From Raja brachyura (Eukaryota): a DNA stretch of 64,000 nucleotides. The DNA lies in the NCBI GenBank assembly GCA_963514005.1, contig OY740787.1, forward strand, positions 72,416,001 to 72,480,000, in the 5' to 3' direction. Of the stretch, positions 38,163-50,867 are shown piece by piece (the first letter of the stretch is position 1; each line of letters begins with the position of its first letter). The notes under the pieces are model-generated. The model ran no database searches, was not told the origin of the DNA, and saw only the letters and a list, made by a program, of their open reading frames with translations. The translations under genes were made by a program, and so were the position numbers.

Positions 38163-40255
38163 TTTGACCTGACTAAACTTTCCAAATCTGAGCTAATGAT
38201 TATTCTTGACATAACCTCTTTTATAATTTTTTATAATTTGTCTCTAATCGGTATTTGTAATTAAGGCACAACATTGAAGTTATTCGTATCTGAGAGTATC
38301 TTTTGCATCACTTAATATTTTCGCGCCTCGTTCTAAGAATCAAAATAGCATCAGCATTTCTCTGTAGTGAATAGTTGCAATGAAAAGTCTGCCAGTGCTT
38401 CAAGAGTTAAATGAGGACAGAAAATGATGAAAGGGTTTAAGAAATTAATGATCTCTATAGCTGGATCTGGCAAATGAAATCATCATTGCAGCCCCATCAA
38501 GTGATGCTTTTGCACAGCTGAAACAAATGAAATGCTCTAGAGAGAATGATTGAGCAAAATAAATGTGACTTGATCGTACATGTTGAGGGATGAAATGGAC
38601 AATGAAGTTTCCATATGTTGTTTCTACTCAGTAATTAGAAACTGTCACACACCGTTTCATTTCTCAGTTTCCTTGAGCTTATTTGCATCCTCAAAGTACA
38701 AATTGGAGCAGCAAACAGGCACCCAGTTGGGATCTAAGGCATTGGCTCAGTCGTGCTTCTTCCACCTTGTGGACAAGTGGCCAACGACAGTCACTGCTGT
38801 AGTCAAAGCAACAAACAAGCCACTGAGACTGTAGGTCAGAAGAAACCCCCCATCCCGGGTCCTTTAAATGACGTGCAGAATTATTTGTCCTTCGCATGAG
38901 CCGGACAAGACTGCAACAGTGTTCAACCCGGTTGATTGGCTTACAACTAATACCACAAAACGCAATTTTCTTTTGCACTAACTTGATGGCTGATGCACGC
39001 TTGCTCATTAAAACATGCTCATTGTTACAAGAATAAACACTATTTCATGATCCAAATTTCAGAGGGAGGTGTTAGCAAAAAGCATGGAGAGCGGAAACTA
39101 TAAATGTGAGCGATCAACCTCTGGACTGAGTGGGTGCCCACAGGAGACAAAGCAGTGGGTTGCGGTGCTGGCAGGAATGTCATATTCACAGTGGCACAGC
39201 TGTTGGAAAAGGCTGTGTTGGTATCTGCGGCATGTTGAAGTGTGAAGAACAAAAATGAATCCTATTTCTCAGGAGAGTCCTGCATATGTCATGTATATTG
39301 TCCCATTAAGCCAATTCATTTATCAACCCACTGAATGCCAATTAAATTGCACAGGATGGTGCAGGTATATGGTGGGCTGTTGGTGCCAAACTTTACTGCA
39401 GCTGAGGCATTCTGGCATAATATATTTTGCACATTTTTGAAGGTGAAAGCTGATGCTTAAAATGAAAAAAAAAAATTGCTGCCAGTACAAATGGCTTTGG
39501 AATATAACTCAAAAGAAATTAGTCCATAGATCAGAATAAAGAAAAATCAGTATTGCTGGTTAATACCTTAGGAAGCTTTTGTGCGATTTTTATTTCATTC
39601 AATTTACCCCAGATGAAGATGTCAGGGCACAAGTCCAAGTGGTGCCAAATGTCCGCACAGCGTGGAAATTAAATCAGTGTAATTTCATCAGGATGATTCC
39701 AGACTGCAGTTTTTTTTGCTGGATTTACTGCTGTACTTCTGGCTCCGTGTACCACAGCTGAGCCACACCACGCACTGCACTGCAACACGACAGCAATTCG
39801 CTGGATGCGCCATTTTCTCATAAGCCATGGTTAAAATGATGTGGATGTTATCATTAAAAGTGAAATCTCAACTATTGCTCCAGTTGTGGACACAAGAATA
39901 AATGCTTTAAAAAAAAAGTATTTTCTATTATTCTTGCGTGTCTGTGGTAGATATTTAAAAATATTTGAATTTATGAGCTGCAACATTTAACTCTAGGGGA
40001 ACCTTTTGTGCGGGTGGTACGAGTGCTAAGTTTGCTGCAATGACTTGTTTATACCCACTTTTGCAGCATGGGCTTTTCTGAACATATTGTGAAGGGAGCT
40101 GATAGAAGAAAGTAGCATCAGTGCATGGTGCTCATTTGACACCAGTATTGTCCAAGTCAATCTCAACAATACAGCTAATGCCACGTGTTTGAATGACACA
40201 ACGTTTGGTACTAACAAACATCCTCCATCTCAGCTAATGGGATCATCATTTGTGG

Positions 40256-40557
40256 ATGGCACGATGTTACAGCAGCAGAGCTGTTCAATCCTGACTACGG
40301 GGGTTGGGGGTACTGTCTGTACGGAGTTTGTATGTTCTACCTGTGACCTTGTGGGTTTTCTCCAGGCAAACACCGTACAGACCGTGTTGATTTTCTTCGG
40401 TTTCCTCCCACACTCCAAAGACGTAAAAGTTTGTAGGTTAATTGGCTTGGTATAATTATAAATTGTCCTTAGTGTGCATAGGATATCATTAGACAACAGG
40501 GTCGTGGTCGGCATGGATTCGGGGCCTGTTTCCACGCTGAATCTCAAACTAAACTAA
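40256..40557 (+). mobile_element. HE1-like SINE
   Basis: gttcaatcctgactacggg...ggtttcctcccacactccaaagacgt...(taaac)n. Confidence 0.8.
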
Positions 40558-41559
40558 CTCAGGCATTGCGTTGCCAACTAAAGGGACAGTTGCCTTCAAG
40601 AATATGCTTGTAATATCTAACAGGTTATTATATATTATTACAGAACAAAGATGCCTAATCTGATATTTAAAGTATTTGGGAAAAATACATTGGATGGTAT
40701 AATTGAAATTGAATGTAAAAATGCAACATAAATTGAGAGTCAATTGATATCTCAAGAGACTATGGCTCATCATCTGCTGGTTCATTTGTTGAGCATTGAG
40801 CTCTTTTTAAATGTAATGACATATCCATTTGCACCTAAACAAGGTGTAAACAGGTTACAGTGAGACGGAATAACCAACGGCAGCATTCCTGACGTGTGAT
40901 TATAAACCAGAAAAGCAAATCATTAAATTAGATCTATTAAAAGACAAATTAGATTTTTAAAAATACAGAAATATGTGGCATCTGGTTTCATGGTTTGCAA
41001 TAGACTGCTGTACTTGCAATAAGGTCTGAGTGCACAAAATAATAGCGACTTAATTGTTCGTTTTAAAAGAAATGCCAAGCACATTGGTGCATTCTTTCAA
41101 ATGTTTTAATGTCATTTTGATAATCGTACAAACCTAAATGGCTGGATGGAGAGCAATTCAGAAAACTTGACAGAAAAATCAAATTCCATGAAGTACCCAA
41201 GTCACAAAGTATATTCCAATGCGAGATACAGAGTGGTGGCCACAAATACCTCACTGTGCGGACCACACCTTTTAAATCCAGGTGCAAAGGTAATTTTGGC
41301 AAATGGACATCCTGCCAGGTTTAACTACATTCAGGTTTTCATAAGTCCACTACTGATTTCACAGTTTACACAAAGCCAAATACTGGTTCTTAACTATTTT
41401 AGCCACACTTATCTCTCTTTGTGTTTTCTTAAAGATTAACTTCTTGCTGGGCTTTGCTTCTGACACCAACGATTGTCCCTGGAAATCTGCAACAAAAGCA
41501 GATGCAACAAAAGGCAGCTAAAACTGGTAACGTGTGGGGAACCAACACATGGTATGCCC

Positions 41560-43335
41560 ACACAAGAAACCGCAAAGATGCTGGAAAATGTGCTGGAGGA
41601 ACTCAGAGGTTCAAAATGCTGGAGGAACTCAAAGGGTCAGACAACATCCAGGTGAGGGAATGGATGGATTGCTTTTTTGGAACGGGACTCTTCCTCAGAC
41701 TGATGGAGTATGGGAGAGAAAGCTGGAAAAGAGATGTGGAAGGGGGATAAAGCTTTGTAAGTGATAGGGGGTGATTTTCAAATAGATGGCGATAATAGCA
41801 GAGGCAAGAGGTGAAAATGAGACAAAGCATGTCAGATAGGAGATACAAGATGGAGTGAAAAGTAAAGTCAAATGGAGGGATATAGATGGAAGTGGGCCAG
41901 GGGAAGGGGAACAAAGGGGAATAAAAAGGAAATGGGGGATGCGGGGTCTGGGAGATTAGCGTAGAAAGGAGAGAAAAGACGCGGTGTGACTGGGGGTGGG
42001 GTGGAAGATGATGGGAGAATAAATGCAGGTTTTCAGAGCCGTGTAACATAATAAAAAAAACAGGTTGAAGTTTAAGAAAATTGTCTTTAATTTAAAGAAG
42101 ACAAAAACCCAAACCTGATTTAAACAGTCAGGGACAAGAATTGACTAACAAATAAATATAACAGTGCTCCAGCCAGCCTCACAATGGACTGTCGAACCAG
42201 AGTCTCTAATCCTGCCTAAATGGAGATAACCCTGAAACAAAATACACAAAAACCCTCAGGTCAGCCCTTATCCGTCGCAATACAACATTAAATGACAAAT
42301 ATAGGTAACAATACACAAAGTTCTATGCCATGTGGCCAGGCCTCCTGCAGCTCACACCGGAAGCCTGTTCACTTGTCGGGGTCGACGAAGAAGAGAGAGA
42401 ATTCTGGGAACTCCCGGTATTTAAGTTTCCGATGAGTCAACTGTCACCTGCGCAGCTTGGCCAATCGGGTACAGACAATGGGGTTGGGAGGGAAAGATAG
42501 ATCAAGCATGATTGATTGGCAGAGCAGACGATGGGCTCAATGGCCTAATTCTGCTCTTATGACATGAACTTATGAATGCAGTAGATGAGTTTGGAAGAAA
42601 CGCACGTGAACTGATATAATCTCCAGAAGGGCTGCTGGGCTCCCTGGATGGAAAGGAAAGAGGCTGTGACCACCGAGGCCTGCTGGAGCTCCCTGTTACT
42701 AGCCATGTTAACTCCTGTTCTTATTTCCATACTGAACCTTCTACCCTTGGCCTCCCCCATTGCTAAAGAGAGACCAATTGCAAACTTTCAGACAATGCCT
42801 CATATTCTGCTTGGGTAGCCTGCAATCCAGCAGTATGAACATTGTATTCTCCAATTGCAACTAAGAACCCCCTATCACCACTTACTTTCCCCTTCACTCT
42901 GGTGCACACATATTTCTCCCACCATCTCCCATCTCCCAGTCACCCTGCTTCTTTCCCCTCCATTGTGCGCTCCTGTCTCATCCCAGAGACCCATATTTTG
43001 CTTTTATCCCTCCCCGTCCCATTCTACCCTTATCACTCCCTCCGATTTACATTTCACTCCACCCTTCCGCTCCTATCTGACACCCTGTTGTCTCCTTGTC
43101 ACTTCTTGCCTTTGTCACTTACTCCACCCATCTGCCAATCCCCACCTCCCATCTTTCTCACTCGTATTCACACATCACTTGCTAGAGTTTGTCCCACCCC
43201 CACCTCTCTTTTACAGCTTTCTACCCCTTTTGCCAGGCAGTCTGAAGCATGGTCCCGACGTGAAAGAAACCTGGCCAATTCCTCCATGCATTTTGCCTGA
43301 TCTGCTGGGTTCCTCCAGCATTTTGCTTTGCGTAC
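41560..43335. mobile_element. Divergent inverted pair of Penelope 3' remnants (- 41560-42030; + about 42620-43335)
   Basis: gcctcatattctgcttgggtagcctgcaatcc...aacattgtattctcc (GIY-YIG C-terminus), C/T-rich 3' UTR, tgctgggttcctccagcatttt tail; mirror copy on the left. Confidence 0.7.
42042..42477 (-). mobile_element. Possible solo LTR fragment
   Basis: Minus strand runs TGT...CCAAT/AP-1 (tgactca)/TTAAATA...ATTAAA...TGTTACA; no TSD found. Confidence 0.35.
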
Positions 43336-43987
43336 AATTTTTATGTCAGTGGTTTCCTATACCTCCCAGATGGGTTACTTGCTGAGCTTGGCTTTTGACA
43401 GCAACAGTTGCTGGAATTGTGTCATAAAACCATGTGCAACAAAAGGCAGCTAAAACTGGCAATGTGTGGGGAACCACAACATTTTGTGCACTGATCACCA
43501 TTTAAATATCCTGTTGCTGCTTTGACCAAAGGTAACATGCACGACAGAGCAGGTGTTTCAAAGAAATAAGAACAAAGTCCATTTTTTAAATTCCCAACTC
43601 TACAATCTACCAGTCAAGGTCAGGGTCAGGGTAAGTGGAAAGGTTTTGGGGATGTTTTTGCAAGAGGGCCCAGTGGTGGCGGCTTGAAGGACATATTTGT
43701 TGTCTTTGGAATGCTATGTTTGGTGTGTTTGAGGTTTTATATTTAAAAAAGTGTAAGGCCCAACGGAATAGTAAGATTAAATGAGAACTTACCAGTTTGA
43801 AGTTTGATCTTTATTTTATGAGGAGTTACGATGAGGGATTACGTGAAGACCCCGCCAGCACGCATGCGCGACATTCTTCAAAGCAGTGGTGTGAAATCAC
43901 AGAAAGCAGAGTAGACTAACATAGTAAGATAAGAGAGAACTTTCATACCAGTTGAAATTTATAATAGAGGGTTTTGGGAGCGGAGGG

Positions 43988-44100
43988 CACGTAATCCCTC
44001 ATCGTAACTCCTCATAACATAAAGATCAAACTTCAAACTGGTAAGTTCTCATTCAATCTTACTATTTTACTTCGGAGTCACGTGAGTGACTACGTGAAGA
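43988..44100. repeat. DIRS internal complementary region (ICR)
   Basis: First part is the reverse complement of 43767-43845; second part is the reverse complement of 48215-48250. Confidence 0.92.
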
Positions 44101-44228
44101 TTTCAAAGCTCTGTGATTTCATGCCCTGGAACAAGTCCATGCTCACACACTGCCATGCTAGGGATGCAGGATGAACGTATTTCAGACATGATACTGTGCT
44201 GAAAAACAAAGAAGGTATTCAATCATAC

Positions 44229-45237
44229 CTAAAGTGATATGCCCCACATTGGGTAAATCATGTAACAGAACTTAACATTTTCCCCTGCAAACGTCTCAGG
44301 AGCGGCCACGGGTTTATAATAGAAGTGCTGAAAAGTCCGTTCACTGCTCCAACCCACTGTAGCAAGGATGTGGTCCATAGGAACTCCCATCATCCTAGCC
44401 GCCGATGTGGATGCAGCCCTGGTGGCGTGAGCTTTAAAAACATTAGTGTCCATCTCCGCTGCACCCAATACCACCCTTAACCAACTGGAAGTGGCTTGCA
44501 CTGTGACCTTATGATGAGGGCGTTTGTGGCTTATGGGTAAAGTCCTCTCCGTGCCCCTAGATTCTTGGTTTCTTCTATATCGTAAAATATATGTCACAAT
44601 GCAGAGCCGACTATCTGCAGGGTAGGCCAGAATGATAATTTTTGGCCAGAGGAACTGGGTCGATATAGTTTGAGTAACCCCTGTATCAGAAAGGTTATCT
44701 ACCATTGGTTAACACATGGCATCCATACTTAGCTTTATAAAGACTGGACCCGTTGTGCTTTTACAAGTGCCATAAACATAACCATATTATATGTTAGTTT
44801 ATCCAGAGTGAGCCCCGATATTGGTGTCCATCCTCGAAGCATAGTAAATTCTATGCCTAAGTCCCATGTATGGGTGTATCTAGCCCTGGGGGAATAGAAT
44901 TAATACCCCTCATCAGTTTAGATACCAGTGGGTGTGATCCTATAGGCAGGTGATCACTCCCTCGGCCCAGGTTATAGATAGGGCACTCCTTGCAAAATTA
45001 ATGGCACTGTAGCTCAAACCTTCATGGAATGAAGGGTGGCCAGAACTCCAGCACTTCAGTGATGGTGGCCGAGTCATATGAAGTGTTTGTTCTAAAGCAG
45101 AACACTCCCATCTTCTGACATATGTCAGTGCTGTCTCTGGTGGACTCCATGCACGACGCTAAATTGACATAGATCGTCCTGTCGGAGAGTCCGTAGTCCA
45201 GAAATGGCCTGTTCAGAATCTGCATCAATAGGTTCAT
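44229..45237 (-). pseudogene. DIRS tyrosine recombinase (frameshifted)
   Basis: FKAHATRAASTSAA (HxxR)...ILATVGWSSERTFQHFY (W...catalytic Y) in ORF 44229..44705; N-terminal part in 45022..45237. Confidence 0.88.
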
Positions 45238-45264
45238 TCAATCATGGCACGGATGACTTACCCG

Positions 45265-45516
45265 TCACAGGGTGTGCCAACAGGCCCGGCCGTTTGAGGA
45301 TCCGAAAGCAGTGTTCTGCGGCCATCTTTGTACTGCTGGGGACCATGGATGGGTAGGCCAGTCGGGAACCCGAAATACCCGTTGCGGAGTCTTATTTAAT
45401 TTTTTGTATGGCCCGACTGATGAGGCAGAAGGGGGGAAATGCATAGCAAAACAATCCCCCCAATGCAGCAAGAAACATCCATCGCTGCTGGCCCCGGGTC
45501 CCGATCCAACATCCAT
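45265..45516 (-). pseudogene. DIRS DNA N6-adenine methyltransferase-like domain remnant
   Basis: HFPP...VPDWPTHPW motifs located between RNase H and YR, as in vertebrate DIRS1. Confidence 0.55.
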
Positions 45517-45538
45517 TCAATGTTGTCGTTGAATTGCG

Positions 45539-46700
45539 TTACCTGGTGTCCGCCACCGTATTTAGTTTACCTGAAAGGTAAGTGGCTGAGATCCAAATCT
45601 CTCTATCCAGACACCAGTGCCAGATGTAATTAGGCAATTCATCACATGATATCGATTTTATTCCACCCATATGATTAATATAGGCCACCACTGTGGTATT
45701 ATTAATTTGTAACCGTACATGCAACTGGTGCATATCTAAGCAGTAGGCCCGGAGTCCATGAAATGCTCCCAGCATTTCTAGATAATTAATCCCTAGTGCT
45801 CCCAACAGGGTTAAATCTTGTGCACTCCATCTGCCACCACAACTAGTGGTGGTATTAGCTGCTCCCCACCTTTAACACTGGCATCAGTCTGTAATGTAAC
45901 CGAGGGATTCATGATAGTGATGGGGTCAGAGCAATGCTGAGCATTTTCTATCCACCAATATAATTCTAATTTAGCTTCTCTGGTAGTTTCATAGACCTAT
46001 CAAAAATGGCCCGCATGATTTTTAAGAGCTAGAACTTTTGCTCTTGCAGGTTTTGTTAATGGAGTGGTCCAAATTGTGCTGCTGGAATGCAGCCACTAGT
46101 TTCTCAATCACTCTGGCTACTTGCAGAATGGATGGTTCCCTGATGCCAGTGAGGGTTTTACATGCTTCCGTCAAGTCTGTCCCTTTGTTTGGTGGCAAGG
46201 TGATAGACATTTGAACAGAATCGATAGTGAACCCCAGATAATCCATGGTAGTGGAGGGTTTCATTTTTTGATTTATCTGGATATAAGTAATCCCAGCTTT
46301 TGAAAATATGTTTTGTGGCTGATACTGCCAATGTAGCCATCTCCAAATTCTCACCTACAATGAGAATATCGTCAAGGTAAACCATGGCAATATGGTTATG
46401 TTTCCTTAATTATGCTAAAGCTGGTTTTAACAATTTTGTAAGCAGCCTGGGTGCCGATGACAACCCAATGGGTAAGGCTTTATACTGCCAAGGCTGTCCC
46501 ATCCAGACAAATTTTAGATATTTCCGATGATCCTTGTGTATTGGCACTAAATAGTATGCATTCTTAAATTGATGCAAGCCATGAAGTACCTATCAGAAAT
46601 TAGCTATTTGGCTGTGACAAACGTGTCCATTTTGAAATAGGCATACTGAACGGAAGTATTTAGTTCGGTCAAATCTATAATGATGCGGCATCCGTCATCT
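45539..46700 (-). pseudogene. DIRS reverse transcriptase / RNase H (frameshifted)
   Basis: VYLDDILIV (46158..46385), MDYLGFTIDS, INYLEMLG...INNTTVVAYINHMGG...LNTVAD (45539..45805). Confidence 0.9.
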
Positions 46701-47109
46701 TTTTGTTTTTGTTAAAATATTTGATACGAACTCTTGAGATTCTGATTGCCTTCTCAATTACCCTTTTTTCCCTTTAGTCTTAACAGTTCATATACAAATT
46801 CAATTAGTACCCTGAATACTTCCGAGTATGTAAGGATCAGGGGTAAGAGTGTTCCACACATGATGAAACAAGTGCAACCGACCACCGACCCTTGATGAAT
46901 CTAAGCAGCAATGTTTTTGAGACAACCAGACCCACCTACCTCCAAGGTTACCGGTGTTGTGTGGGTTGTCTCTGTCCTTGTTTCTTCGTGTATAGTGTTG
47001 CTGTGTTGTGGGGTTGGCGCATTTTCCAAGAAGGCTGGGCTGGGCCATGGTCTAAAAAGACCGTTGTGCAGGTGGGCCGGCCTTCGAGCTTTCACCACCA
47101 GATGGTCTC

Positions 47110-48041
47110 TCATAATAACAATGTCTGGTGGATGTGTAGGGGTGCTGCCGCGGCTGATAATGGGTTTTGGTGGTGTTTGGTACCTTGATCAGGCCGATAG
47201 CCTTGGCCTCCTAATCCAGGTCTTTTACCTGTTTCGGGAGGTAGTCCCCAAACAGCAAGTTGGCGGCTGCGTGCTGCTAGTCCTGCATAATCCCGCAATA
47301 TTGGATTGTGTGCAGGCTTGATGATGCCCTTCCTGTAGCTGTAAATCTGAAAAGAGTATTGCACAGGAGTGCTAGAGCATCTAGTAGCTCTTCAGGCATC
47401 TCAACCCCATCACTGTTCTGGCCACTGCTGTGATACCAGCAGTCAGCAGTTTAAGGATTTTCTGGAGTTTGCCTCCTGGCTCCTTGTAGTTGGGCTCATG
47501 TTGCCCCAGATGGGTTGTTGACTGCAGGCACATTTAGAGAAACGCAGTTCTCTGGGTTGGTACAGCATGTTTATTACCCATGCCTACAACTCTTCTGGCA
47601 CCCCTGACACAGGTACTCTTCAGCCATTGCCCCTTCTTCAGGGTCAGCCCAGCTCTGACCACTAATGCTCCCCTGCGAAGAGGGTGAGACATTTGGCAGT
47701 CCTTGATAGGATGCTGCCGTGGGTCTGCGAAGAGACCCACTGTGACTCTGCCCCTGCAAAAGCAGGTCACGCTGGAGCAACTGCTCCACCATCCGCTCCA
47801 TGCGGGAAAGACGACCGCCGTTGCTAACCGCGAACGGGGTGTCCTCAGGTCCCGCCAAGGCAACGGACCTGTCCGACTTCCGGGTGGTTTTGCCGGCGGA
47901 CCGCGGCGAACCTGCGGTCTGTAGCGGCAAGAAGTCGGGGGCTGCTGGTAGCACCTGCAGCTCCGGAGAGACGGCACGCTGCTGGCTCCTTTCCACAGCA
48001 GCGGATTTTGCCGCTGCTCTCCGGTATTTTCCCGACTCCAT
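47110..48041 (-). pseudogene. DIRS gag-like ORF1 remnant
   Basis: ORF 47574..48041 just downstream of the 5' ITR with coiled-coil-like RLSRMERMVEQLLQ; positional inference. Confidence 0.5.
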
Positions 48042-48289
48042 GGTGCTTGTTTCGACTCTGGAAAACAGAACACCGAGTCGCCACGCTGACCAGAAAAGGT
48101 AAGACTTACCTTCGGTAGTTTTTTCAAAAACTTACGCTGGAGGAGCGGCGCTCCTCCCGACTGTCGCTTCCGCAATGCGTTCGACGATATGTCGCGCATG
48201 CGTGCTGGCGGGGTCTTCACGTAGTCACTCACGTGACTCCGAAGTAAAATTAGATTCAAGATATTCAATTTTTCTATAATCACTATTTT

Positions 48290-48570
48290 TTAGTTTTTAA
48301 AGATAAAGCATTGAAACAGGCCCCTCGATGTCACACTGGCCATTGATCACCCATTCACGATAGTCCCACTTTCTCATCCACTCCCTTCACACTGGGGGCA
48401 ATTTACAGAGGCCAATTAACCTGCAAACCTGCACGTTTCTGGATGTGAGAGGAAGCCGAAGCACTGAGAGATAACCCACGCGGTCACAGGGAGAACGTGC
48501 ACACTCCGTACAGACAGTTTCCAAGGTCGGGATCGAACCTGGATCTCTGGCAATGTGAGGCACTTCTCTA
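48290..48570 (-). mobile_element. HE1-like SINE
   Basis: gggggcaatttacagaggccaattaacc...actccgtacagacag...gggatcgaacctgg. Confidence 0.8.
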
Positions 48571-48629
48571 TGTACCCCCATGATCCACACTACATCAACT
48601 CTTGTTACTCTCTCTGACAGCAACGATTT

Positions 48630-50660
48630 ACATAGAAACATAGAAACATAGAAATTAGGTGCAGGAGTAGGCCATTCGGCCCTTCGAGCCTGCACCGCCA
48701 TTCAATATGATCATGGCTGATCATCCAACTCAGTATCCTGTACCTGCCTTCTCCCCATACCCTCTGATCCCCTTAGCCACAAGGGCCACATCTAACTCCC
48801 TCTTAAATATAGCCAATGAACTGGCCTCAACTACCCTCTGTGGCAGAGAGTTCCAGAGACCCACTACTCTCTGTGTGAAAAAAGTCCTTCTCATCTCGGT
48901 CCTAAAGGATTTCCCCCTTATCCTTAAGCTGTGACCCCTTGTCCTGGACCTCCCCAACATCGGGAACAATCTTCCTGCATCTAGCCTGTCCAACCCCTTA
49001 AGAATTTTGTAAGTTTCTATAAGATCCCCTCTCAATCTCCTAGATTCTAGAGAGTATAAACCGAGTCTATCCAGTCTTTCTTCATAAGACAGTCCCGACA
49101 TCCCAGGAATCAGTCTGGTGAACCTTCTCTGCAGTCCCTCTATGGCAATAATGCCCTTCTTCAGATTTGGAGACCAGACCTGTACTCAATACTCCAGGTG
49201 TGGTCTCACCAAGACCCTATACAACTGAAGTAGAACCTCCCTGCTTTAATACTCAAATCCTTTTGCTATGAAAGTTAACATACCATTCGCTTTCTTCACT
49301 GCCTGCTGCACCTGCATGCCTACTTTCAATGACTGGTGTACCATGACACCCAGGTTGCGCTGCATCTCCCCTTTTCCTAATCGGCCACCATTTAGATAAT
49401 AGTCTGCTTTCCTATTTTTGCCACCAAAGTGGATAACCTCACATTTATCCACATTATACTGCATCTGCCAAACATTTGCCCACTCACCCAGCCTATCCAA
49501 GTCACCTTGCAGTCTCCTAGCATCCTTCTCACAGCTAACACTGCCCCCCAGCTTAGTGTCATCCGCAAACTTGGAGATATTGCCTTCAATTCCCTCATCC
49601 AGATCATTAATGTATATTGTAAATAGCTGGGGTCCCAGCACTGAGCCTTACGGTACCCCACTAGTCACTGCCTGCCATTGTGAAAACGACCCGTTTACTC
49701 CTACTCTTTGCTTCCTGTTTGCCAGCCAGTTCTCTATCGACATCAATACTGAACCCCCAATGCCGTATGCTTTAAGTTTGTATACTAATCTCTTATGTGG
49801 GACCTTGTCGAAAGCCTTCTGGAAGTCCAGATACACCACATCCACTGGTTCTCCCCTATCCACGCTACTAGTTACATCCTTGAAAAATTCCACAAGATTC
49901 GTCAGACCCTTGCACCAGGGAGGCAACATACCATCCTGGAGTCAGGTTTGCGGCCGCAGAAACGCCTATCTATTCCCCTGACAATAGAATCCCCTATTAC
50001 TATTGCCCTTCCCCTCTTTTCCCCCCCTCATGTGCTGCAGAGCCACCCATGGTGCCATGAACTTGGCTGCTGCTGCATTCCCCTGATGAGCCATCTCCCT
50101 CAACAGTATCCAAAATGGTATACCTGTTTAGGGAGATGACCGCAGGGGACTCCTGCACTACCTGCCTACTGCTTTGCTGGCTATTGGCCACCCGCTTCCT
50201 TTCTGTCCTCTTACCTTTTACCTGTGGCGTGACCAACTCGCTGTATGTGCTGTCCACGACTTTCTCTGCATCGTGGATACTCCAGTATGAATCCAGCCGC
50301 AGCTCCAATCGTTAAATGCGGTCTGCCAGGAGCTGCAGCTGGACACACCTCCTGCAAATGTAGTCACCAGGGACACCGACAATATCCCTGATCTCCCACA
50401 TGTTGCAGGCTGAGCAAACCATGGGGCCAATCTCTACTGACATATCTTACTCCCAAAGTACTCTGTATTAAATATATCTATATATTTATTTTTAATTTTT
50501 TATTTTTATTAAACACAAAACTTTATCCTTTAAACTTTACTAATAAATACTAATAAATACTGAATCCCTAACTCCCAGAATCCTTAAACCTGAAGGCAGA
50601 AATGTAAAAATGTAAACCCCGGGTTGCACCCAATCAGCTGCTTCCTCTGGTCCTCCTCAA
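48630..50660 (-). mobile_element. Internally deleted young CR1: 5'UTR/ORF1 N-half joined to the RT domain and 3' end
   Basis: 48630-49907 nearly identical to 58812-60078; 49908-50430 homologous to the ORF1 at 700-1190; (tttctatg)n tail. Confidence 0.9.
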
Positions 50661-50867
50661 CCAATCAGAGGCTTCCACCAGATTTAGATTCACTCTGTTC
50701 CAAAACTCTTGTTCCACTTCATTTTCTGCACATTCTCTACTTTAACAAAATTCCTTTCTTCTTTTTTTCCGCGGTCATGGATGATAAATTTCAACTTTTA
50801 ATTTCTAGCACTCTCTTGGATCTTCTTCGACTTTCATATTCCTACAAATACATGGTTCTCCTACCAA

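Larger units (their letters stand above)
43767..48250 (-). mobile_element. DIRS1-type tyrosine-recombinase retrotransposon, terminally complete with decayed ORFs
   Basis: Non-identical ITRs sharing acgtgaagaccccgccagcacgcatgcgcgacat; ICR at 43988-44100; order gag-RT-RNaseH-MTase-YR; AAT trinucleotide at both ends. Confidence 0.93.
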
